Made by a program: the position numbers and the translations under genes. Below the pieces are notes generated by a model. It was not told the origin of the DNA and ran no database searches. It saw only the letters and a program-made list of their open reading frames with translations. Of a stretch of DNA of 64,000 nt, positions 56,877-64,000 are shown in pieces (position 1 is the first letter of the stretch; the number at the start of each line of letters is the position of its first letter). The stretch covers positions 15,815 to 79,814 of IMG/VR virus record IMGVR_UViG_3300020152_000020. The stretch is one strand, 5' to 3'. Origin of the DNA: a virus.

Positions 56877-57139
56877 CGCAGCTACGGACTCAAGTGCTGG
56901 GCAATCACCTGCGGGTCTGGCGGGAAGATGGCCGGGACGGCATCTCGTGGGATGAACTGCAACAGGCGAAGAACGATGCGTGGGGTGAGCACGCCACCGC
57001 CGTCGAAATTTATCCACCGCAAGACGAAATGGTTAACGAGGCAAATATGCGTCACCTGTGGCTGATCGAACACCCTGAGAAACTGCCGTCATTGTATCGC
57101 CGGGGGGAGAAAGAAGGGTGCGCTACGACGAGTCCTTAG
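56864..57139 (+). CDS. Conserved phage hypothetical protein
   Basis: SWDELQ..K...G...AVEIYPP...VNEANMRHLW. Confidence 0.65.
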   Translation: MAGVTQLRTQVLGNHLRVWREDGRDGISWDELQQAKNDAWGEHATAVEIYPPQDEMVNEANMRHLWLIEHPEKLPSLYRRGEKEGCATTSP

Positions 57140-57384
57140 TCGCTCAGGTCGCTTTCAAGACGACGGGTGCGAACGCGCACACCGTCCGCTGCGTCGTAAT
57201 GAATTATATCAACTGCTCCGCTCTGTCCGAAACCGAAAACGTCCCCGCTGAAGCCCGCCTCAGAATGCTCAACCGCGCCATTGAACTTGAGCGCCAACTT
57301 CGCGTGCTGGTCGCCACCGGGTCACTGCCGCCCGGTGTGGATCGGTATGCTTCCAGCAACGCTCTGCCCGCCGTCAAGGCTTAA
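57118..57384 (+). CDS. Small hypothetical protein
   Basis: GGGGGAG RBS before GTG. Confidence 0.45.
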   Translation: MRYDESLVAQVAFKTTGANAHTVRCVVMNYINCSALSETENVPAEARLRMLNRAIELERQLRVLVATGSLPPGVDRYASSNALPAVKA

Positions 57385-57441
57385 CCGTTTTTCGTTGGAT
57401 TCCCGCCCGGTTTTGATACACTTTCCCCTGTGAACTACTAC

Positions 57442-57813
57442 GGGCGTGAACAGGTTTCGACGGGACAATGGATCGAGGGCACGGCGTGTCGAGGTTGTTC
57501 GGCGGCCTCGTAAAAAACCGAACAAACGTTTAAATGCGAATCCCTTCGCACAGCAGTCCCGCGTCGCGGCCTAATAACCCGCGATCCGTGGTTCGGGAAG
57601 CCCCGCCTGTGGCGTCCCGAACTGCGCAACCGAAACAGGCTGGCCGATCCACTCTCTGTCCGGGGGTGGTTCGGTGAGATAACCGGGCTGGCTCTTACCG
57701 GGCGTGCTGGGCACCGCTGGGTGGGAGCGAGAAGGAAACAAGTAGGCCAGCTACACACGTAGATGTACTTCGTGAAAGGTCTTCGGACGCGGATTCGATT
57801 TCCGCCACGTCCA
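57442..57813 (+). ncRNA. ssrA: tmRNA (one-piece); tag (A)ANPFAQQSRVAA**
   Basis: 5' GGGCGTGAACAGGTTTCGAC; acceptor stem GGGCGTG/CACGTCC-A with G3:U; T-arm GCGGA-TTCGATT-TCCGC; tag frame 57536-57577 after TAAAT ends VAA-TAA-TAA; CCA not fully encoded. Confidence 0.93.
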
Positions 57814-57905
57814 CTTCAAATCGGTGCGGCAGTCCGCAGGTCATCCTAAGCCTTGGGCCGGGAACCCTGCGGACGGCACCCCAGATAAAACGCGAGGGCT
57901 TAAAG

Positions 57906-59669
57906 ATGCTGACGGAAACGGAACAGGTGGACGAAGCGGGCGTGAAGCGCATGGTGAAGAAGCGGTCGCAGGGTGATCGTCTCAAAGCCCGCCGCTACTA
58001 CAAACAGAACAAGCGCCGCATCAAGGCGATCCGCACGGGCAAGATTCGCGTGCGCCTGACCATGAACCAGAAGAAGGCCGTCGCCGCCCGGAAGCGCACG
58101 GGCCAGTACAATCGCATCGCGAAGCTGTACAACAGCGCCGACCAACTCCCCGCGACCGTGCTGGGTGAGATCGCGCACTCGAAGGACTACATTAACACTG
58201 TGTTAGAGGTTGCCGCCGCGTTCAACGATAAGCCGGACGCGCGTGAGTTCGCGAAGTTCTTCCTCGACCGTGACCCGGTGTACTCCAACACGAAGGCCGG
58301 GCTGCACGCGCTCATGTTCGAGAACTGGCTGGCCGACGAAGCCGACAGCATCTACGGAAAGCTGATCGAGACGCACGTGTCGCCCGCCGAAGAGAGCTTC
58401 CTCGCGATCTTCGAAGGCAAGCTGACCGACGAGGAACGGAAGCTGGTCAACGAGAAGGCTGAGTTCATCAAGGCTGAGATGCTGCTCGAAGCCGGAGCCA
58501 TGATCCCCGACGAAGGCGAAGTGTCGGACGTGACGATCATCGAGTGCTTCCCGGTCAAGGGTAAGCACTACGAACCGAAGGACGACGAAGCGTCCGCTCC
58601 CATCGACGCCCCGAAGCCGGAAGATAAGCCGACCGACGAAGCCCTCACTGAAGGCGTCCGGTTCGAGAAGACGATCCGGGCCACGGACGCAACGCTGAAG
58701 GCGCTCGTGTCGTCCAACAGCGACTTCAAGGACATTGACCCGGCGCTGGCTTCGCTGGCTGGCACGGGCGGCACGAAGTACAGCCTCGTGACGGACGGCA
58801 CGGTGGGCGTGATCGTCAACGCGGAAGGGTACGACTATCCCCGCTACAAGTCCCCGCGCATGATGATGACGATCATCAACAAGCTGACGCCGGAGCAGAT
58901 CGAGAAGTGTGTGGGCCGGAAGGAGAACTTCCCGCCGAAGATGCTGGTCCACGATCCGGTGTCGCTCGACCGCCTCATGCAGATGTTCGAGGGCGTCAAC
59001 GAAGGCCGCGTGCTGCCCACTGAGAATGAATCGTACGGCTTCTACGGAACCTGCATCACGGCAGGGAAGACGGAAGCCGAAGCGAAGAATCTCTGGGATG
59101 AAGCCAGCAAGGGGCTGAAGAAGCTGAACCCCAAGGCGACTCCCGAACAGATTCGCGACTTCCTCGACTCGCGCATCGGTCGCCATATCGCCGATCAGGT
59201 CGCGGGGGATAACAAACCCGTTGACACTGTGTTAAAGGAAAAGTGGGTCGGCAAGGACTTCAGCAAGTTCGTCGGCACGGGGAAGGTGCGCGGCTTCGGG
59301 GAAGGAACCGACACCGTCACCAAAGACGACGGTAACGATCTGGCGGAAGAGATGGGCCGCTACGAGTCCAGCAAGCTGAACGTGAACGAAGGGGGCGACG
59401 ACGAGGAAATCACCCGCCTCACGTTCGGGAAGATTCCGGCGTGGAAAGAGTTCGAAGCCGCGTTCGATGACCGCGTTGAAGGCAATGGCTACAATATCAA
59501 ACTCAGCAGCAGCGATTCCAAGGCGGCTGAAGGAACCAGCATCGGGGATGGACGACTGAAGGCACCCGCGCTGTACAAGGGCATCAAGGAACTGATCGCG
59601 AAGGGCGACGAAGATGCGGACGACCTCGCCAGCAGCATCCTGTACACGCTGGGCTTCGAGTGGGTGTGA
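57906..59669 (+). CDS. Large modular protein, probable virion/prohead-core protein
   Basis: 587 aa; basic N-terminal block; repeated [LVI]xE-[GA] linkers. Confidence 0.6.
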   Translation: MLTETEQVDEAGVKRMVKKRSQGDRLKARRYYKQNKRRIKAIRTGKIRVRLTMNQKKAVAARKRTGQYNRIAKLYNSADQLPATVLGEIAHSKDYINTVLEVAAAFNDKPDAREFAKFFLDRDPVYSNTKAGLHALMFENWLADEADSIYGKLIETHVSPAEESFLAIFEGKLTDEERKLVNEKAEFIKAEMLLEAGAMIPDEGEVSDVTIIECFPVKGKHYEPKDDEASAPIDAPKPEDKPTDEALTEGVRFEKTIRATDATLKALVSSNSDFKDIDPALASLAGTGGTKYSLVTDGTVGVIVNAEGYDYPRYKSPRMMMTIINKLTPEQIEKCVGRKENFPPKMLVHDPVSLDRLMQMFEGVNEGRVLPTENESYGFYGTCITAGKTEAEAKNLWDEASKGLKKLNPKATPEQIRDFLDSRIGRHIADQVAGDNKPVDTVLKEKWVGKDFSKFVGTGKVRGFGEGTDTVTKDDGNDLAEEMGRYESSKLNVNEGGDDEEITRLTFGKIPAWKEFEAAFDDRVEGNGYNIKLSSSDSKAAEGTSIGDGRLKAPALYKGIKELIAKGDEDADDLASSILYTLGFEWV

Positions 59670-59805
59670 GCTTGATCCCTGCTCCAAGCTCCAACACACT
59701 AAACGTACCCCACTCTCCAAGCTCCCCGGTCAAGCTCAAAGAAGGCCGGGGAGAACTGCTAACCGGACACCTGACTCCAACCACTAAACTCAAAGGAACC
59801 TGCCG

Positions 59806-62800
59806 ATGCCTAAGCCTGTCACGAACGAAACCCCCGCGCTGTACGAAGTCCAGAAGACCAAGCTCAGTAACCTCAAGCTCGATCTCGAACGGTGCCTGTC
59901 GCACTACGATGCGTGGGTGGTGGAAGAACAGGATAACGGTAAGGCGCTCGTACAGGTCCCGCTTAACGGGAAGACCCATCTGGCGTATCTGAATCTCCCC
60001 TACGAACACGTGAAGGCCACCATCGACGAGAACGCGAAGACGTATGCCGATCTCCCGGAAGAGTTCGATACGGTGATCGAGAAGTGGCTGGTCGAACAGG
60101 TCAAGGACCCGACACTGTGTGAGCAGGACGTTGTGTTAAGCGGCCTGAATGAAGGGGTAGGAGCCACCAGTAGGTATACCGTAAGGTCAGCAACGGTCGC
60201 GCGCTCGTGTTCGCTCCGGCAACTGGCTGAAGGGAAGGCTCAGGCGAAGGCCACTACGGGATCGAACGACGAGGCTAAGGCTGACGATCTGCCCGCCCGG
60301 TTCCGCAAACGCAAAGGGGTGAAGTCGATGGAAGAAGTCTTCCCGGAGTCCGGCGTTGACATTGTGTTAATCGAATCCAAGGCCGCGCTGGCTTACCTGT
60401 GCGCGGCTGAAGTGTACGACGGCGGCACCCTGTCGCCCCAGCGGTCGCGTGAGTTCCAGCGCATCTGCGGGCTTGGCCTGCGTGAAGCCAGCGCGGTGCA
60501 GATCGGGGACCGCATCGTACTACCGAACGGGCTGACGATGCGTGTGGTCGTGCTCTCCCCCGACGATCTGAACAACATCAAGGCTGAGGGCGGCAAGCTC
60601 TCCCCGGAGCGCATCGTCGATCTGATGGAAGCTGATCCGCTGGCTCCGAAGAAGAAGGACCACTCCACGAAGGAGAAGGACGGCGAGTTCAATTTCGAAC
60701 TGAAGGACGTGCAGGACTACTACGACATCCAGATCATCCAGTCCGTCGATCAGGGTGAGGCGCTGCGCAAGACTGAACTGAAGTTCGGCGTGAAGGGCAA
60801 GCTCACCGTCTCCCCGGTTGGCGTCATCTCTGTGGACGGGCTGCTGTCCGACAAAGAGCAGGCCGAACTGGACGCGGAGCAGGCGGCTAAGGATGCGGAG
60901 AAAGAAAAGGCCGCTGCACAGGCCAAGGCTGACGCGGACGCGCAGGCCGCGAAGGACCATGAGATCGAACTGGCGAAGGCGTCGTCCAAAGGTGGCCCCA
61001 AGGTGGTCATCCAAGCGGACAAGGACGGCGATGGTAAGCCGGACAAGCCGAAGCCTACTACGAAGCCCAAGCCGACTGACGAAGCTGAGTTCCGGGTGGG
61101 CAAGAGCATCCCGGCGTTGCAGGGCTGGTCGTCTGCCAGCGCGTACGCCGTGGTGGACGGCAAGGGCCGCAGCGTCCGCAAGCACACGTTCCAGTTGATC
61201 GGCAAGGGCACGTACACGATTGTCTGGAACGCGGAAGGCAAACGCGATCTGATGTTCAACGGCCAGACGATCAGCGTGCACGAGACGCCGGAAGAAGCGG
61301 TCATTGCTGCCCGGACTCACGCGAAGTCGGTGAAGGAAAGCGTGGCCGTCGAAATGGCGCGCATCGCTGGTGTGCGTCTGGGCGGGAAGCGCGTGGCTCA
61401 CCTGACCGAAGGCGTGACGCTCCCGGAACCCATCGCGGAACGTCTCTTCACGGTCGAGGAACTGAAGGCCAAGGCTACTACGCTCCCGCTGTACAAGCTG
61501 GACGAACGCCTGAGTCTGGCGAAGCTCGCTGCCCGGCGCGGTGAAACGCTGGATCAGGTGATGCAGAACACCGACGAGGCTCTGAAGTATGCCGGGATCA
61601 TGGTCGGTGACGAACCGCGCGCGTTCTCCCTCGACGAACTGAAGATCGTGTACAAGGCGAAGAACCCGAAGTACGACATCGGCTTTGACGAGTGGGTGTC
61701 GGCCCACTGGAAGCGCGCCAACGAGAACGCGACGCTGACGTGTCCGAACTGCAATGGCACCGACGCGGTGTCCAAGACGGAGAAGGGCTACTACTGTGAC
61801 GCCTGCGACAGCGCCTTCTCCGTGAACGAAGTGTTCAAGCCGATCAGCGAGTCAGTGACGGTGCGTGAGATCGCCGAACGCGATAGCCGGGCGCTCGCCT
61901 CTGGTCCCGGCCCGGTCAAGGCGTCTGACGAACCGCTCGCCAAGCGGTACACGACGTTCCTGAAGCGTGGCAACACGTTCAGCCCGTCCGGCCCCGTGGT
62001 GGTGGCTGAGAAGCTGGACGCTTGCCCGTACGAGATCGTGCTCACGCCGTGGGGTGTTGAGTTCACGAAGGTCAAACCGAAGACGGACGAGCTACTGAAG
62101 TTCGAGTCGTCGGTGATGAACGAAGTGGTCAAAGAGGTTGACCGCTTCTGGGAGCGCCAGCAGAACTATGCCGATCTGGGTCTCATGCACTGTCGCGGCA
62201 TCCTGATGTACGGCCCGCCCGGCTCCGGCAAGTCGTGTGCGCTACAGCAGGTCACGGAGATGATGGTCGAACGCGGGGACGTGGTGTTCTTTGCCAACAA
62301 CGTCGAAGCGATCACTGAGGGCTTGAAGGCGTTCCGTGAAGTCGAAGAGAAGCGCCGCGTCGTGGTGTGCTTCGAAGAGGCTGAGGCGCTGGTCCGGTAC
62401 AATGAACGCGCGCTGCTCCGGCTGCTCGACGGTGACGCGAAGGTGAACAACGTTCTGTATCTGGCGACGACCAACTACATTGACCAGATCAGCGAGCGTA
62501 TGCTGCGGCCCGGTCGCTTCGATAAGAAGATTTACGTGGGGCACCCGCCGCTGGCCGGGCGTCTGGCTTACCTTGAGCACAAGCTGAAGGGTGCCAAGCT
62601 GGCCGAAGACGGCACGATCAAGGAACTGGCGAAGGCTACGGAAGGTCTGAGCTTCGGACACATGCGAGAGTTGCTGGTCGGCGCGTTCGCAATGGGGGAG
62701 CCTGTGAAGGACGTACTCGCCCGGCTGAAGGAAGGGATCGGGTCCATGAAGGCCAAGCTGTACGGTGAGCGCGTGACTGAAGCCGTGCAGTCGCTCGACG

Positions 62801-63774
62801 AGTCGGCTACTACGGCGCAGTGCTTCGCGTGTGACGCTGTGTTAAACGAAGCGGTCGAGAGCAAGTATGCGCTTTGCCCGGCGTGCGAAAGCAAGATCGA
62901 CGAGGCTGAGTTGTCCGACGAGACGGCGCGTAAGTTCCTCGTGCCGGGTAAGTCCGTGGTGATCGACAACGTGTGGTGGACGATCAAGAACCGCGACATC
63001 GACGCGAACAAGGTGACGCTGCGCGTGTCGGACTGGGCGATCAAGGACGGCAATAAGCCGGGGACGAAGGACGTGTCGTTCACCGATCTGGTCGCCAAGA
63101 TTCGCAAAGGGACGTGGGGCGCGCGCATCAACGGTAAGGCGATTGGCAAGCAGCAGGACCAGACCGTGCGCGCCAAGCTGCGGGCGAAGAACGGACTACG
63201 GAAGGCTCCCGGTACGCCGGACGTGAAGGAAAGCGAGCCTGTCGTCATCGACTTCTGCGAAGCCACGCTCCCGGCGCTGCTCGCGCTGTACACCGTCGAA
63301 GGCATGAAGGGGATCGACGAGGGCGACACGTTCACTCCCGACGCTGTGCGTGACTACGCAACGAAGGCCGCTGACATTGTGTTAAGCGGAAGCTGGTCGA
63401 AGGGCAACGCGAAGGAGCACAAGCTCTGCCGGGAAGTCCTGAAGTCCACCGGGCTGACGAAGGTCTTCGAAGAGATGGACAAGGCTGCGCAGGAACTGGA
63501 CTGGGACGGCGGCGGTGAAGACCTGACGAAGCCGGAAACGGATCGGCTTGAGAAAGCCTACGAAGCGGTCAAGGAACTGGCTGAGAAGGCGAACGCGGTG
63601 ATCGAGGCGGCGTATAACCGTCTGCGGGACTGGTCGGAGAAGAAGCTGCGCGTGTCCGGCAAAGACCTGAAGATGGACGCGGCGCTTGAGTCCGATCAGG
63701 CTCTGGTCCACGTGCTCACTGTGAACGGTGTTCGCTCCCTGCTCTCGAAGATCATGCGCGCGCGTCCGCTGTAA
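59806..63774 (+). CDS. 1322-aa modular protein with internal AAA+ ATPase, probable virion-packaged polyprotein
   Basis: Walker A MYGPPGSGKS, Walker B-like VVCFEEAE, ATTNY, RPGRFD at ~62050-62750; many [LVI]xE-[GSA] linkers. Confidence 0.75.
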   Translation: MPKPVTNETPALYEVQKTKLSNLKLDLERCLSHYDAWVVEEQDNGKALVQVPLNGKTHLAYLNLPYEHVKATIDENAKTYADLPEEFDTVIEKWLVEQVKDPTLCEQDVVLSGLNEGVGATSRYTVRSATVARSCSLRQLAEGKAQAKATTGSNDEAKADDLPARFRKRKGVKSMEEVFPESGVDIVLIESKAALAYLCAAEVYDGGTLSPQRSREFQRICGLGLREASAVQIGDRIVLPNGLTMRVVVLSPDDLNNIKAEGGKLSPERIVDLMEADPLAPKKKDHSTKEKDGEFNFELKDVQDYYDIQIIQSVDQGEALRKTELKFGVKGKLTVSPVGVISVDGLLSDKEQAELDAEQAAKDAEKEKAAAQAKADADAQAAKDHEIELAKASSKGGPKVVIQADKDGDGKPDKPKPTTKPKPTDEAEFRVGKSIPALQGWSSASAYAVVDGKGRSVRKHTFQLIGKGTYTIVWNAEGKRDLMFNGQTISVHETPEEAVIAARTHAKSVKESVAVEMARIAGVRLGGKRVAHLTEGVTLPEPIAERLFTVEELKAKATTLPLYKLDERLSLAKLAARRGETLDQVMQNTDEALKYAGIMVGDEPRAFSLDELKIVYKAKNPKYDIGFDEWVSAHWKRANENATLTCPNCNGTDAVSKTEKGYYCDACDSAFSVNEVFKPISESVTVREIAERDSRALASGPGPVKASDEPLAKRYTTFLKRGNTFSPSGPVVVAEKLDACPYEIVLTPWGVEFTKVKPKTDELLKFESSVMNEVVKEVDRFWERQQNYADLGLMHCRGILMYGPPGSGKSCALQQVTEMMVERGDVVFFANNVEAITEGLKAFREVEEKRRVVVCFEEAEALVRYNERALLRLLDGDAKVNNVLYLATTNYIDQISERMLRPGRFDKKIYVGHPPLAGRLAYLEHKLKGAKLAEDGTIKELAKATEGLSFGHMRELLVGAFAMGEPVKDVLARLKEGIGSMKAKLYGERVTEAVQSLDESATTAQCFACDAVLNEAVESKYALCPACESKIDEAELSDETARKFLVPGKSVVIDNVWWTIKNRDIDANKVTLRVSDWAIKDGNKPGTKDVSFTDLVAKIRKGTWGARINGKAIGKQQDQTVRAKLRAKNGLRKAPGTPDVKESEPVVIDFCEATLPALLALYTVEGMKGIDEGDTFTPDAVRDYATKAADIVLSGSWSKGNAKEHKLCREVLKSTGLTKVFEEMDKAAQELDWDGGGEDLTKPETDRLEKAYEAVKELAEKANAVIEAAYNRLRDWSEKKLRVSGKDLKMDAALESDQALVHVLTVNGVRSLLSKIMRARPL

Positions 63775-63827
63775 CCGGGCGCGCTGGGCTGTCTGTCTCA
63801 CACAAACCAACCTGAAGGGCTACTACG

Positions 63828-64000
63828 ATGCTCGAACTGAAGATGCCGACCGCGAAGGAATGCGAGAACAAGTCCTTCGGGTCGTCCGGGGTGCTTTCGA
63901 TCACGCTGGCTGACGGGAGCGCGCCGCTCGACGGGTATCCGCTGGCGGTGTGCACGCTGTACCGCGTGCAGCTTGCGGACGGGTCGGCCTGCTACCGAAC
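63828..64000 (+). CDS. 5' part of hypothetical protein (truncated by window)
   Basis: GAAGGG RBS, ATG 63828, open to window end. Confidence 0.5.
   Translation, partial: MLELKMPTAKECENKSFGSSGVLSITLADGSAPLDGYPLAVCTLYRVQLADGSACYR

Larger units (their letters stand above)
194..63385. repeat. Dispersed 15-bp palindromic motif TTRACAYWRTGTYAA (~30 copies)
   Basis: Copies start at 194, 2762, 5262, 6312, 7457, 11805, 16459, 20514, 25114, 25231, 27473, 28525, 31032, 33890, 36289, 37906, 40754, 43353, 44555, 45366, 47893, 49050, 51014, 55150, 55464, 58192, 59221, 60356, 62831, 63371; degenerate copies at 4952 and 60125. Confidence 0.93.

Noticed and set aside
57814-57900. HDV-like/theta ribozyme in the tmRNA trailer
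   Set aside because: Could not build the P1/P1.1/P2/P3 nested double pseudoknot
194-63385. Treating the 15-bp palindrome as just a sigma70 -35 box, or as E. coli matS or canonical parS
   Set aside because: Many copies are reversed, intragenic or lack a -10; sequence and spacing differ from matS (GTGACRNYGTCAC) and parS (TGTTNCACGTGAAACA)
1-64000. CRISPR array, tRNA genes, integrase/transposase, group I/II introns, inteins
   Set aside because: No regularly spaced repeats, cloverleafs other than the tmRNA domain, or interrupted conserved genes seen by eye; tRNAscan/Infernal could still find weak cases
1-64000. Stop-codon reassignment
   Set aside because: Large conserved genes are intact in the standard code, and TGA, TAA and TAG all terminate genes at sensible positions

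Overview
64 kb of a large, GC-rich (roughly 60-65% by eye) tailed dsDNA phage genome, probably a jumbo myovirus-like Caudoviricetes, almost entirely coded on the + strand. It has four blocks. (1) Replication/recombination: RecQ, UvsW-like SF2, DnaB/gp41-like and Pif1-like helicases, primase, UDG-fused family A polymerase, UvsY-like mediator, gp32-like SSB, RecA, 5'-3' nuclease, SbcCD, resolvase. (2) Packaging/head: TerS candidate, TerL, T4 gp20-like portal, head morphogenesis protein. (3) Small accessory and nucleotide-metabolism genes: Nudix, HAD nucleotidase, kinase-like, ThyX, RlpA-like. (4) A phage tmRNA followed by two very large modular proteins. The main unexplained signal is a 15-bp AT-rich palindrome, TTRACAYWRTGTYAA, with about 30 copies spread across the window at promoters, on start/stop codons and inside conserved genes. 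Two copies precede an orphan ParB/Spo0J-type CTPase, suggesting a phage ParB-site genome-organisation/regulation system. Also notable: two short peptide motifs shared by the tails of many unrelated proteins, two unannotated structured RNAs, and putative Glu-cleaved virion polyproteins, one with an embedded AAA+ ATPase. All family calls are by motif recognition; no database searches were run.
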